Virus record (IMG/VR): IMGVR_UViG_3300037067_018977
DNA from: an uncultured virus (IMG/VR IMGVR_UViG_3300037067_018977)
Taxonomy: Duplodnaviria > Heunggongvirae > Uroviricota > Caudoviricetes
Direction: 5' to 3' (one strand)
Length of the DNA: 64,000 nucleotides
Shown: one piece after another, positions 19,410 to 29,313 of the stretch
Layout: each line of letters begins with the position of its first letter
How positions within the stretch are numbered: the stretch's first letter is position 1
Made by a program: the position numbers and the translations under genes
The notes under the pieces: model-generated
Databases searched by the model: none
Told to the model about the DNA's origin: nothing
What the model saw: the letters and a program-made list of their open reading frames with translations, nothing else

Positions 19410-19946
19410 ATGTACTCCTCGCCGCTCGCACTGTCGCCTCCGCACACGATCCGCCCCTTTCGCGGACCGGAGACGACCATTCAGACGATGCGCGAGATGG
19501 CCCAGGGCAACCGAGGCGAGCGCTCGGTGCTGGTGCGGTCGGTGACCGAGTCAGTGGTGCGCCAGCTTCAGCCCAAGGACTACCTGTCCGAGATCTTGGC
19601 GGTGCGCCACTTCGCGGCTACCCGATGTCGCTACCTGAACGATCCGCTCACCACGGAGTTCGTGAAGGACCCGCAGCGCATGATCGAAGAGATCTTGGCG
19701 CACGGGAAGACGACGGTCGACTGCGACGAGATCGCATTGCTGATCGCGACCATGTTGCGGCAGCTCGGGCGCGAGGCCGACTACGTGACGGTCGGGTTTG
19801 GGATCCCTGGCCGCTTCAGCCACGTGTTCGCGCGCGGGCTGGAGCCCAGGTCCAACACGTGGATCATCTGCGATCCCGTCGCCGGCACCGGAGAGAGCGG
19901 GATGGCTCACCGCGTGCGCACCCACAAGATCTGGAAGATCGACTGA
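19410..19946 (+). CDS. transglutaminase-like cysteine protease (candidate virion maturation protease)
   Basis: DCDE...SHVF...WIICDP gives a Cys-His-Asp triad; first gene of the structural block. Confidence 0.85.
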   Translation: MYSSPLALSPPHTIRPFRGPETTIQTMREMAQGNRGERSVLVRSVTESVVRQLQPKDYLSEILAVRHFAATRCRYLNDPLTTEFVKDPQRMIEEILAHGKTTVDCDEIALLIATMLRQLGREADYVTVGFGIPGRFSHVFARGLEPRSNTWIICDPVAGTGESGMAHRVRTHKIWKID

Positions 19947-19968
19947 CCCCATGGAGACCTGATTCAGC

Positions 19969-20487
19969 ATGTCCTACATTTCGCTTGGTCAAGTTCGTAC
20001 GGCGGTTCCGATGGCCACGCTCGCGCCCACGGCGACGGCGACCCTGTCGCAGGCTGCACCGAAGGTGGCGTGCATCACGCCCATGGAGAAGGTACAGGCC
20101 GACGCGGACTGTCGGATCGCCGACGTGAAGGGGCTCGGTGCGCTCGGCTTCCACTACGGTCCGTATCACCCCCGCTTCCCGGGGCTCGATGCGTGCGCGG
20201 TCGCGCGCATGCCGGTTTGCCCGCCGGCCGCGCGGCCGTCGATCGACGCCACGGCGTTGACGCGCACGGCCGTCACGCCGACGTCCACCTCCACGTCAAT
20301 GACCCTGTCGCCCGCGCTTCTGAAGGCAATGCGTCCGTCGGTGGTGGCGGTTCCTCCCCCTCCGATGCCGGTTCCGGAGAAGAAGGCGTTCCTGGGTCTC
20401 GGCGTGGGCGGTCTGCTGGCGTTGCTCGCGGTGGGCGGTGGCGGGGCCTACCTCCTGCTGCGCAAGAAGAAAGGCACGGCATCCTGA
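19969..20487 (+). CDS. putative virion membrane protein
   Basis: MSYISLG start, GLG motifs, C-terminal TM plus RKKK. Confidence 0.75.
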   Translation: MSYISLGQVRTAVPMATLAPTATATLSQAAPKVACITPMEKVQADADCRIADVKGLGALGFHYGPYHPRFPGLDACAVARMPVCPPAARPSIDATALTRTAVTPTSTSTSMTLSPALLKAMRPSVVAVPPPPMPVPEKKAFLGLGVGGLLALLAVGGGGAYLLLRKKKGTAS

Positions 20488-20795
20488 TGCAGTTCACGGC
20501 CAGTTGGAATTCGCGCACCGGTGTGCAGGCTGCGATCCCGGTTTCTACGACGCGGGTACAGACCAGTACGCCGGTGAAAAGTGGGAGCGCGCCGGTGCTC
20601 AAGCCGGTGCTCGCACACCTGACCGTGACGCCGCCGCCGGCCGCGCCGCTCACGATGCGCTACCAGCCGACGTCCCTTCCCGGGCAGCCGCCGGCAGCGC
20701 CGGCTCCCACGCAGGCGTCCGCGCTCGGACGCTACGCCTTGTGGGGCGTAATTGGACTGGTGGGAGCGGTCGTGCTCTACAAGTTGTGGAAGTAG
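20487..20795 (+). CDS. putative virion membrane protein
   Basis: Pro-rich, C-terminal TM plus basic tail. Confidence 0.7.
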   Translation: MQFTASWNSRTGVQAAIPVSTTRVQTSTPVKSGSAPVLKPVLAHLTVTPPPAAPLTMRYQPTSLPGQPPAAPAPTQASALGRYALWGVIGLVGAVVLYKLWK

Positions 20796-20802
20796 GAGAG
20801 CC

Positions 20803-21486
20803 ATGCGTTACGACTACAATTCGCCGGTCTACCCCCGCTACCCGAGCCAGCCGAACCGCGGCACGTTGCCCTCCATGAACCAGATGGGCCCGAGCGATGC
20901 GTCGCCCGGAGGACGTTCCGCGGCCGCGCCCGACTACCGCAATGCGCTGCTGCTTCAGACGGGCCGCCAGCTCGGCTCCACGGCCGAGGTGGTGCAGGAC
21001 GAAGCGCCCGAGCCCGGCTACGCCTGGAACGAGCTGAAGGTGCTGGCCGAGGCGGACGACGTGCAAGGCGATGGGATCTTCGATGCCCCCGGCGCGCACC
21101 CCAACATCTACCCGGATGCCGGCGTGCTCGCGGCGCGCTTCGGGATCCCCGGCTACCTGGCGCGAGAGCGGATGTTCGAGAAGAGCGAAGTGGTGGACGC
21201 GACCACTGGCCGCCCCACCGTGCACGTGAACGCAGGCGCGGTCAGCATGGACTCGATCGCGCAGATCGCCTATTTGGAGCGCAACAAGTACGGCCCGATG
21301 CAGCCGGTGGTGCGCGCGGGCGGATCGCACGGCACCGGAGCGCGGAGCATCACCAACGTCCGCGTGAACGCCGAGCCGATCAAGGGCCTCGGTGAAACCG
21401 GCCTCGGCACGGTGGGCTGGCTCGCGGTGCTCGGCGTGGTGGGCCTCGCGGCGGGAGCGGCCTACGCGAAGTGGATGAAGGGGTGA
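20803..21486 (+). CDS. putative virion membrane protein
   Basis: AGGAG SD; GDGIF, KGLGE then C-terminal TM. Confidence 0.75.
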   Translation: MRYDYNSPVYPRYPSQPNRGTLPSMNQMGPSDASPGGRSAAAPDYRNALLLQTGRQLGSTAEVVQDEAPEPGYAWNELKVLAEADDVQGDGIFDAPGAHPNIYPDAGVLAARFGIPGYLARERMFEKSEVVDATTGRPTVHVNAGAVSMDSIAQIAYLERNKYGPMQPVVRAGGSHGTGARSITNVRVNAEPIKGLGETGLGTVGWLAVLGVVGLAAGAAYAKWMKG

Positions 21487-21490
21487 GCCG

Positions 21491-22733
21491 ATGCGAGCGT
21501 ATGGAAAGAAAGGCCGAGCAGCGCCGCCCGCGGAGCTGACGCGACGCCAGCGCGAAGCGTTGCTCGCCTATGCAGCGTACCACGGGCGCAACTGGAAGGC
21601 CGAGCTAGCCGGAGACTGGACCCGCGCTGCCGCCAACGTGGGCGGGGAGTACCGGGCGGAGCTGCAGCAGATCCGCAACACGCTCGGGCCGGCGTGGCTG
21701 AAGAAAGTCACGCTGGCGGAGATCCAGAGCGCGGCGCCCGGTGCGACCGAAAGCCTGGAGGACGCCATTCTGGAGCACGCGCGCGATCCGGTCGGCACGT
21801 TGCGACCGGGCATGAAGTTCGGGGACATGACGATCACCCAGGTGGGTACGCACACGGTGGTGTACCAGCGCCCCGGCGGCTGGCGCGGCTCGGTGCAGAT
21901 CCCGTTCCTCGATCCGGTCAGCGGTGTCGAGCTTCCGTCGCATCGGAGAGCGCTGGCGGAATTTGGGATGGAAAAGAATGCAGCGGACCCTCGCCGCCCA
22001 GTGCAGGAAGAGGTCCCCGGTACGACCCCGATCGCCAACGCGAGCGAGGTGGACTTCTTCGAAGACAACACCTTCGTGCGCGAGGGTCCGCTCTGGCTCT
22101 TCAGCTTCGGAGCCTACGGAGCGACCCACNNNNNNNNNNGTCTACGTCTGGGCGGACGGCATGGAGAGCGGGTTCGAGACGGCGGTGGAGTGGCTGGACG
22201 ATAACGCCCCTGGCCTGCTCGTGATGGTCGACGAGAACGACTACCGCCGTGCGGCGGAAGATCTCGGCAAGGTCTGGGATCCGAGCGAGCCGGACGACGA
22301 GATCATGCAAGCCGCCGAAGCGGACATGACGATGATCGGCCACACCACGCTCCAGCACGGCAACGCGGTGGCGAGCTGGGAGTGGCACGTGCGCGAGGTG
22401 AAGAAGGGCTCGCCCGAGTGGAACCAAGTGGTCGAGCGCTCGCGCGAGGAGAGCGGAGAGTTCGAAGAGAACGCTTCGAAATCGCAAAGCGTGGTGTTGG
22501 CGGCGCTTCGTGGGAAGAGCGCAAAAGCGGGGGCATTTCACACCGTCGGGGGCATCGTGTACTCGTACAACTTGCCCATCGCGGATCTGAGAAACCCAGA
22601 GGGACCCTTCTACGTGCTGGACAAGATTGCCTCACCCAGCGTCACAACGAGCAAGCACATTGGTTTCGTCCGAACGTGGCTGGCGCACATCAAGTCCTGG
22701 CTGCCCATCGAGACGGTGAGCGCAATCGGTTGA
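21491..22733 (+). CDS. multi-module hypothetical protein spanning an assembly gap
   Basis: Two ORF-track frames join across the N run at about 22130-22139. Confidence 0.6.
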
Positions 22734-22744
22734 AAGAGGACACC

Positions 22745-23254
22745 ATGCCACAACGACAACTCGGCTATCCGCTCTACCTCGACGGCAAGGAGGTGCACGG
22801 ACCGCTCACGCTGCACCACGGACCCACGCCCCCGCCTCCGATGCAGGGCATGGGAGAGTACTTCACCGAGCCCCTGGCGGGTCTCGGTCAGTCCACGCTG
22901 GAGCTGCCGGCCTACCAGATGCCGAGGCAGCGGCTCTCCTGGTGGAGCAAGGCCGCGCGCGTCTCGCCGCTGATGGGCGCGCTCGGGGAAGCTGCGGATG
23001 CGGCCGCCGAGCAGGTGAGCGCGCAGCAGCAAGGCAACCAGAAGGCGGCGCTGACGGCCGGCGCCGCGCTGGCGCTGGTGGGCGTGGGGCTGCTCATTCG
23101 CGGCGCCGCGGGCTACTACGCGGGCAAGGCGATGGCACCGAGCCGGGCGGACGCGGACAAGTACGCCTGGGGCGGAGTCGCCGCGAGCGTCCTACTCGGC
23201 TCGCTCGGGCTCGGCATCGAAGGAGTGATCGCGCTTCGAGCGCGGAAAGGCTGA
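22745..23254 (+). CDS. putative virion membrane protein
   Basis: GMGEYFTEPLAGLGQ, GALGE, two C-terminal TMs. Confidence 0.75.
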   Translation: MPQRQLGYPLYLDGKEVHGPLTLHHGPTPPPPMQGMGEYFTEPLAGLGQSTLELPAYQMPRQRLSWWSKAARVSPLMGALGEAADAAAEQVSAQQQGNQKAALTAGAALALVGVGLLIRGAAGYYAGKAMAPSRADADKYAWGGVAASVLLGSLGLGIEGVIALRARKG

Positions 23255-23257
23255 GTC

Positions 23258-23635
23258 ATGACGCGCGGAGTTCCGACCCCGTACACGGTGCACGTGCACC
23301 CGTACCCGACCCGCTTCCACGGCGGTATCTGGACGCGGCCGTACAGCCAGAGTCCGGTAGCTCCCACGCCCTACAGCGTGCTCAAGCCCGACGACTTCGC
23401 GCCCGCGGCCTACGCCCGCTATCCGTTCCGTGGCGTCGGCGCTTTGGATCCGACGGCGGCGGCGATCTGGAAGCTCGCCAGCGCGGTTAGCATGGCGGCG
23501 AGCGCATTCCACGGCTACAAGCGCAACCAGTCGATCGGATGGGCGCTGGCCTGGGGAGCGATGGGAGCGCTGTTCCCGGTCATCACGCCGACCATCGCGC
23601 TGGCGCAAGGGTTTGGGGAAAAGAAGAAGGGCTGA
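23258..23635 (+). CDS. putative virion membrane protein
   Basis: RGVGA then hydrophobic hairpin, KKKG end. Confidence 0.75.
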   Translation: MTRGVPTPYTVHVHPYPTRFHGGIWTRPYSQSPVAPTPYSVLKPDDFAPAAYARYPFRGVGALDPTAAAIWKLASAVSMAASAFHGYKRNQSIGWALAWGAMGALFPVITPTIALAQGFGEKKKG

Positions 23636-23683
23636 CGCCTGCACGGTTGCTCGCCGCCGTTGTGGCGGGTATCAAGTAGGGGC

Positions 23684-23932
23684 ATGACCCGAGCCGAGCG
23701 AAGGTGGTACGCGCTCCGAGCCAAGCGGCGCGCGCGCAAGTTCTACGGCGGGTGGATGACCTCCATGCCGGACGCTGCGAGGCGCATCGGCATGGCCGCC
23801 CGCACGCCGAAGCCCTGCTCATGCTGGTGCTGTGGCAATCCTCGCCGGCACTTTGAAGATCCGACGATTCAGGAGCGGCGCGCCGGAGTGGGGGCAAAAC
23901 TTGCAAGCACGACCGAGGCCGCCGCAGCATAG
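23684..23932 (+). CDS. small basic Cys protein (PCSCWCCGNPRR type)
   Basis: Motif typical of a small basic protein family; own promoter. Confidence 0.65.
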   Translation: MTRAERRWYALRAKRRARKFYGGWMTSMPDAARRIGMAARTPKPCSCWCCGNPRRHFEDPTIQERRAGVGAKLASTTEAAAA

Positions 23933-23937
23933 GCGGC

Positions 23938-24354
23938 ATGCAGTACCAGACGCGCCAGGGTGTGTTCGGGCCGATGGCCCACGGCGGCGGGATCTTCGAT
24001 AACGCGATCTCCGGGCTCGGTAGTCTCGGTGCGACGCTGCAGACCGGGCTCGTGCCCAGCTCCGCGCAAGCCATCTCGGCGGTTGCGCAGCAGTGCATCA
24101 GCGCTTCGTGCAAGGATCTCGACGAAGACCAGCTCAAGGCGTGCATCGCGGCCTGCAACGCGAAGGCGCAGGCGGCAGCAAAGAAGCCCACGACCGGCGG
24201 CGGCGTGCCGGCTCCGCCGGTGGTGACCTCTGCCGAGGTGATGGCCTACAAGCCGGCGGCGCGGATCAGCTCGAACATGATCGCGCTCGGCGTGGGAGGG
24301 CTGGCCGCGGCCGCGTTCGTGTACCTCTACGCCACCAAGAAGAAGAAAGGCTGA
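23938..24354 (+). CDS. putative virion membrane protein
   Basis: GGGIF, SGLGSLGA, C-terminal TM plus KKKK. Confidence 0.75.
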   Translation: MQYQTRQGVFGPMAHGGGIFDNAISGLGSLGATLQTGLVPSSAQAISAVAQQCISASCKDLDEDQLKACIAACNAKAQAAAKKPTTGGGVPAPPVVTSAEVMAYKPAARISSNMIALGVGGLAAAAFVYLYATKKKKG

Positions 24355-24357
24355 CCG

Positions 24358-24951
24358 ATGTCCTACTCCGCGCTCGGGGTCGTGATGAGCCCCAACGTGC
24401 CCAAGTACTTCCCGTCCGAAGCTCAGCAGTGGACGCAGATCCCGGCGGACATCCAGTCCCAGATCAACGCCCAAGCGAATCTGATCTACAAGAATCAGCA
24501 ATCGCAGATCACGTACATGCAGGCCGAGGGTGCGTGCGACGCCACCAAGTCCGGCCGGCTTGCTGGTGGCCTGAAGGCGATGCTGATCCAGGCCGGCGGC
24601 GACCCGTCGCGGCTGAGTTCTGCCGCGGACGTCTTCGGTGCGCTGGAATGCGCAGAGTGGTGGAAGGTGTTCGGGAGAGCGGTCACCATGGAGGATGCGG
24701 TCGCGGTGGCCAAGGGCACGGGCGGCGCGGCGCTGGCGGTGATCTGCCCGAAGGGAGCGACCGTCCCGAGCTGTCCGAAGCCCGCACCGGCGCTGCCGCC
24801 TCCGGTTGCGCCGCCGCCAGTGGCCCCGCCGGTCGTTCCGGTGCCGGTGCAGCCCAAGAAGGCCAACATGCTGGTCGTCGGCGGTGTCGCGGCGGCGGTG
24901 GCCGGCGGCGGCTACCTGCTCGCAAAAAAGAAAGGCTGGATCAAGTCGTGA
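24358..24951 (+). CDS. putative virion membrane protein
   Basis: MSYSALG, Pro linker, C-terminal TM plus KKK. Confidence 0.75.
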   Translation: MSYSALGVVMSPNVPKYFPSEAQQWTQIPADIQSQINAQANLIYKNQQSQITYMQAEGACDATKSGRLAGGLKAMLIQAGGDPSRLSSAADVFGALECAEWWKVFGRAVTMEDAVAVAKGTGGAALAVICPKGATVPSCPKPAPALPPPVAPPPVAPPVVPVPVQPKKANMLVVGGVAAAVAGGGYLLAKKKGWIKS

Positions 24952-25304
24952 AGCGGACCTACGCCAGTACGGCGGACTTCCACGCACCGTTCGACTCGGC
25001 CGTGCTGCAGGGTCTGGGCACGGTGCAGCGGGACTACCTGTCCATCGCGAACTTCCGCGCCGGCTACGACGAAGGCTACTTCCAGGACAACAGCTTGTTC
25101 GGGCTGGGAGCCACCAACGTGGCGCTGGCGCCCCCTGCGTTTCGGCGCTTCGTGGATGCGGGCGCTCCGATGCCCACGTGGCGCCGGGATCTCGGTGCGG
25201 CGACCAGTCAGATCCCGCGCTGGGCCTGGGCGTTGCTCGCGGCCGGCGCGCTCGGGCTGGCGTACCGAGGATTCAAGACGGCGAAGAAGAAGCCTGCGGG
25301 GTGA
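24948..25304 (+). CDS. putative virion membrane protein
   Basis: Two repeats ending QGLG / FGLG; C-terminal TM. Confidence 0.7.
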   Translation: MKRTYASTADFHAPFDSAVLQGLGTVQRDYLSIANFRAGYDEGYFQDNSLFGLGATNVALAPPAFRRFVDAGAPMPTWRRDLGAATSQIPRWAWALLAAGALGLAYRGFKTAKKKPAG

Positions 25305-25307
25305 GCC

Positions 25308-26198
25308 ATGGGAGCGATCGAGTTTCTCGCCAGCCTCGGCAAGTACCCGCGCCTGCCGCGCCCTACCGCCGCGATGCAGCCGGTGGAAAAGGCGCTACTG
25401 CTGACGATCACCAGCGCCGAGACGGGCGCGCTCTTGGCAGGGAAGCTGCCGACTCCGGCCTGGGTCGTCGAGCAGCGTCTGCACGGTGACGTCGTTGCTG
25501 CGCAGCGGTCGCTGTACCAGCAGATCAATGACCGAGCAGAGCAGATCTTGGAAGGCCTGAGCCGCGGAGAAGATCCGCGCCTCACGGTGGCGGCCGCGGA
25601 GTACTACGACGCGCTCTGGAGCGCGTACCTGGGAGCGAGTCACGGCATCGTGCCGCTCAGCCAGGCGCTGGGTCGCAACGAGCCCGGACTGGACGTTGAG
25701 TTCGAGACGCGCCTGGGAGTCCTCCAGGCGGTGTCCGATCAGCTGAAGAGCGACATGCCGCTGCTGCAGAAGGGAGCGTTCGAGCCGCTGTCACAGGGCA
25801 TCGACCACATGTGGAAATCGGTCTGCGCGGCGCCGGGCAACAAGAGCCATCCCGAGTGCATCAAGCGTGGACTCGGCATCGAGCCAACCACCATCGCGAT
25901 CGGGATTGCCATCTCCGTCGCGATCATCATCGCCATCGCGTACTGCCTGCTCAAGATGTACGAGGTGAAGCAGTTCAATGAGCGTTGGATCGCGCGGTGC
26001 AGTCGCGAAGATCTCGACCCTGGCACGCTCAAGTGGTGCAACAGTACGGGCGGCCCGCCGCCGAGCTTCGATCCCAACGCTCTGGCCCGCACGGTGGCCT
26101 GGATCGCCGCAGCGGGCCTGGGCGCGTACGCGCTGATCACGTTCCTGCCTCAGATCGTGGGCAGCGTGAGTCGGGCAAGGAAGGCAGGTGCGACGTGA
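25308..26198 (+). CDS. putative virion membrane protein (2 TM)
   Basis: RGLGI followed by TM; second TM near C-terminus. Confidence 0.75.
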   Translation: MGAIEFLASLGKYPRLPRPTAAMQPVEKALLLTITSAETGALLAGKLPTPAWVVEQRLHGDVVAAQRSLYQQINDRAEQILEGLSRGEDPRLTVAAAEYYDALWSAYLGASHGIVPLSQALGRNEPGLDVEFETRLGVLQAVSDQLKSDMPLLQKGAFEPLSQGIDHMWKSVCAAPGNKSHPECIKRGLGIEPTTIAIGIAISVAIIIAIAYCLLKMYEVKQFNERWIARCSREDLDPGTLKWCNSTGGPPPSFDPNALARTVAWIAAAGLGAYALITFLPQIVGSVSRARKAGAT

Positions 26199-26515
26199 TC
26201 TACTCGCGCTGGCGGCCCGAGACGGGCGTCTACGACTACTACGAAGTCTCCGGTGGCCTGCCGCTCGGCAACGATTTGCCCACGCCGCGGCTCTACGGAG
26301 GCACGAGCCTCGGGGTGGCGTCGGTGACGGCGGGTCGCAAGCTGCCGCTCGGGGCGCGTCACGTGGGCTCGGGTCCGGATGCGAAGGGCATGATCGTGCC
26401 GGTTGCCGGAAGCGGTGGCCTGGGAGCGCTTTCGCTCAGCGTAGGGTTCGGGGAGATCGCGATGGTCGCAGGCGGGGCGCTCCTCGGCTGGTGGCTACGC
26501 GGGAGGCGCGGGTGA
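26195..26515 (+). CDS. putative virion membrane protein
   Basis: GGLGA then C-terminal TM plus RGRRG. Confidence 0.7.
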   Translation: MIYSRWRPETGVYDYYEVSGGLPLGNDLPTPRLYGGTSLGVASVTAGRKLPLGARHVGSGPDAKGMIVPVAGSGGLGALSLSVGFGEIAMVAGGALLGWWLRGRRG

Positions 26516-27621
26516 GTGCCTTCCTGCCGAATCCCCGAGCGCGCTGGTTGCCGGACAACCGGTTGTCGCTGTGGAAAAGCGAGCTGTCGTCGCGTAAGGG
26601 CGCGGTCGGCTATGCCGACTGGGCGTACGTGCGCAAGCAGGTGCCGGCGGCTCAGCTGAGAATCGACACGCTGGCGTGGGATCACGATGGCCAACAGCGC
26701 TCGGAGCTGTACCAGATCTTCCCGCCCGATGCGCTCGCGGACGCCAAGGCTTACGCCAAGCAGCTGATCGAAACCGGCGTCGCCAAGACGGTGGCGGTGC
26801 GCGGTCGCTGGGATCCGCCCTGGGGTAGGGACAAGCAGGTGATCGACTTCGGGGAGATGCAGCTTGTGCAGCCGAGCGGCCTCACCGATCACGAAGAGCG
26901 CTCGCTCTTGGCCGCTGCCGAGCCGGGAGGCTGGAAGGGTGGATTTGGATACGAGAGCGAGTTGCGCAGCTTGGAGCGTTCCGGATTGGTGAGCCAAGAA
27001 GGCGACCGCTGGCAGGTGACGCCGGCCGGCCAAGACCAGGCGACCAAGATCATGACGCACCGCAGGCTGATACCGAACCGTTCATCAGTGGCGTCCGCGC
27101 GGGACATTCGCCGTCGCTTCCACGACAAGGAGCCCTCCCGCGAAACCCCGGTGCAATGGCAGTGGCCGCGGGAGCTACAGGAGATCGGCACGTGCGAGGC
27201 GATCATGTACGCCTCGAACAAGTGGCAAGCGACGCCGACGAAGATCATCGACTACAAGCATGTGGCCGAGGGACCGCAGCGGATCCTGGTGCGTCCCGGC
27301 TTCGTGCAGGACCATCGCACGGGCCGAGCGCTGAGCGTCACCGGCCCCACGCACGAGCTGAACGACATGCCGGACGCCTTCGCGGTGCTCGACAAGATCT
27401 TGGGTGTGCAGGTGCGGCTCTACGAGGGCAGCGACGACGAGCCGCGGCTTCCCGATGGCGACGACGGGTACTACCAGATCGACATTCCGCACGCCTACCT
27501 GGGCGCTGCGGAGCATCCGGTCACCGGCGAAACGTTTCTCTTCGTCTACACGGAGGACGGGGTGCACGCCATGATCGTGGGCGACGAGCTGGCGGTCGAA
27601 AAAGACGGCATCACGGGGTGA
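26512..27621 (+). CDS. multi-module hypothetical protein
   Basis: GTGA coupling; modules bounded by LPNP / IPNR. Confidence 0.7.
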   Translation: MSAFLPNPRARWLPDNRLSLWKSELSSRKGAVGYADWAYVRKQVPAAQLRIDTLAWDHDGQQRSELYQIFPPDALADAKAYAKQLIETGVAKTVAVRGRWDPPWGRDKQVIDFGEMQLVQPSGLTDHEERSLLAAAEPGGWKGGFGYESELRSLERSGLVSQEGDRWQVTPAGQDQATKIMTHRRLIPNRSSVASARDIRRRFHDKEPSRETPVQWQWPRELQEIGTCEAIMYASNKWQATPTKIIDYKHVAEGPQRILVRPGFVQDHRTGRALSVTGPTHELNDMPDAFAVLDKILGVQVRLYEGSDDEPRLPDGDDGYYQIDIPHAYLGAAEHPVTGETFLFVYTEDGVHAMIVGDELAVEKDGITG

Positions 27622-27625
27622 GCCA

Positions 27626-28663
27626 ATGAGCTATCACGCGATGCCCCTCGGAGCCGAGCCCGACACCAAGAACATCCTCAAGAAGTGCGGGGTGCAGCTC
27701 AAGGACGCAAACCTGGACACCAAGTCCGGCCGCGAGCAGGTGGTGCAGACCTCTGCGGAGTGCGCCGCCGACGGCTTCTGCGCGGCGTACAGCAAGGGCG
27801 CGATCCCGCCCGGCACGTGCGGTCCGATCGCCAAGGCGGTGGCGGGTGAAGCCATCAAGGTGTGGAACTCGATCTTCGGGGACGACTCGGCGCAGCGGCG
27901 ACACCAACAGCATCTGAAAGAGCAGGCCGGCTACGCTGTTGCAAGAAAGCAGCTTGCCGATGCGGCGCTGCTCATGGATGTGGAGCTGATGCGCGCCGCT
28001 GCTGGGCTAATCAAGTACCACGACGCGCTGATCCCCACCCGGCGGGGAGCGTACGGTGGAAAGAAGCCATACGCGCGCCAGTGGGGACTGATGGCCAGCG
28101 TGCCGAGCGAAGGTGGTCCACCCACGCAGTCCGTGACGATGCAGGGCTACGAGGACGACGCAGCCATGCGTCAACTGCTATCCGAGCAGGGGCTGGTGCA
28201 TGACCTCCACCCGGTGGGGAAAGCCATCGTGGCTCCGCGTATCGACGTGCAGGTGATACAGGGCGCCGCGAAGACGTGGGCCGCCTCGGAGCGCCAGCGA
28301 CTCATGCAGTTGTGCGACATGCAGCAGCCCAAGTCTGCGCTCACCGGCCAGCGTCCAGGCGGTGGAATGTCCTACAACATGTGCATCACGGCAATCCCGT
28401 CGCCGCTCGTGCTCGAAACGCAGTACGTCATCCAGCTCGCGCAGAACGTGCCCGCGAAGTTCTACGAGTCGCTCGACAAGGCAGCGCTACGCGCTCGCGC
28501 GGTCCTAGCGGCTGAGGCCACCCGCGAGCGGGCGAGGCTGCAGGCGCAGCACGCAACGCGCGCCACCGTGCGATCGGAAACCACGTTCGCACAGGGCGGA
28601 GCGCTGTTGCTGGTGGGCGGCGCCGCCGCGGCCGCCATTCTGATTTGGCGCCGCAAACGCTGA
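27626..28663 (+). CDS. putative virion membrane protein
   Basis: MSYHAMPLG, Cys pairs, C-terminal TM plus RRKR. Confidence 0.75.
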   Translation: MSYHAMPLGAEPDTKNILKKCGVQLKDANLDTKSGREQVVQTSAECAADGFCAAYSKGAIPPGTCGPIAKAVAGEAIKVWNSIFGDDSAQRRHQQHLKEQAGYAVARKQLADAALLMDVELMRAAAGLIKYHDALIPTRRGAYGGKKPYARQWGLMASVPSEGGPPTQSVTMQGYEDDAAMRQLLSEQGLVHDLHPVGKAIVAPRIDVQVIQGAAKTWAASERQRLMQLCDMQQPKSALTGQRPGGGMSYNMCITAIPSPLVLETQYVIQLAQNVPAKFYESLDKAALRARAVLAAEATRERARLQAQHATRATVRSETTFAQGGALLLVGGAAAAAILIWRRKR

Positions 28664-28725
28664 GCGCACGACTTCTTGCAGGGAGCAGCACTGGGCAGCT
28701 AGCCTGAACATCTGGAGGAACGATC

Positions 28726-28974
28726 ATGTACGCGGGACTCGGTAACACCAACCTGGCAGTGGCAGTACGCGAAACGATGGTGATGCAGCTCTGCGTCGAT
28801 GCGGGGCGCCCCGGGAACGCTGCCTGCATTCAGCGCGCGCGCGAGCTGCTCGGCACCAAGTCGCGCGACGAAGTGATCACCGAGCTGCGCGAGGGCCCGA
28901 GCCGCAAGTGGCTTCTCTGGGGGGCGGTCGGCGCGGGCGTACTGGTGGTTGGCGCGCTCGTGTTGACGCGCTGA
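28726..28974 (+). CDS. putative virion membrane protein
   Basis: GGAGG SD; MYAGLG; C-terminal TM. Confidence 0.75.
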   Translation: MYAGLGNTNLAVAVRETMVMQLCVDAGRPGNAACIQRARELLGTKSRDEVITELREGPSRKWLLWGAVGAGVLVVGALVLTR

Positions 28975-29177
28975 TGCGCGGCTCCGAGTTGGCGCGCCGC
29001 CACGCGCGGCGCGAGAGGAAGCGCGCGCGGCGTCAAATCCGCGAGAGGGAGGACGCGCTACAGGCTCTGGCCGGGCCGCCCGACGGCGCGTTCATGCCGG
29101 CGGAGCAGTCGCATGTGGTTCTGTCGCTGCGGGTGTTCACGTGGTTTCAGAATTCCGTGAAAAACGCGCGAAAATAG
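28974..29177 (+). CDS. small protein carrying a copy of an internal segment of the intron-split capsid-like protein
   Basis: MPAEQSHVVLSLRVFTWFQN versus LPSDQSHVVLALRVFAWFRN in exon 2. Confidence 0.65.
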   Translation: MRGSELARRHARRERKRARRQIREREDALQALAGPPDGAFMPAEQSHVVLSLRVFTWFQNSVKNARK

Positions 29178-29313
29178 CCACGTTGCGCGAAGTGCACCAA
29201 AAGTTGCGACGTCGCCCGTAGCCCGAGTAGGCTGCGACTTACCGCAAAGCGAGTACCAGCGATCATCGGAGCCGCTGGGCGCTTCCTGCGAGCGGTGCAG
29301 GAGTGCGTCCTAC

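Noticed and set aside
22130..22139. Apparent frameshift or split gene (also at 34147 and 56600)
   Set aside because: Coincides with N-run assembly gaps, not programmed frameshifts
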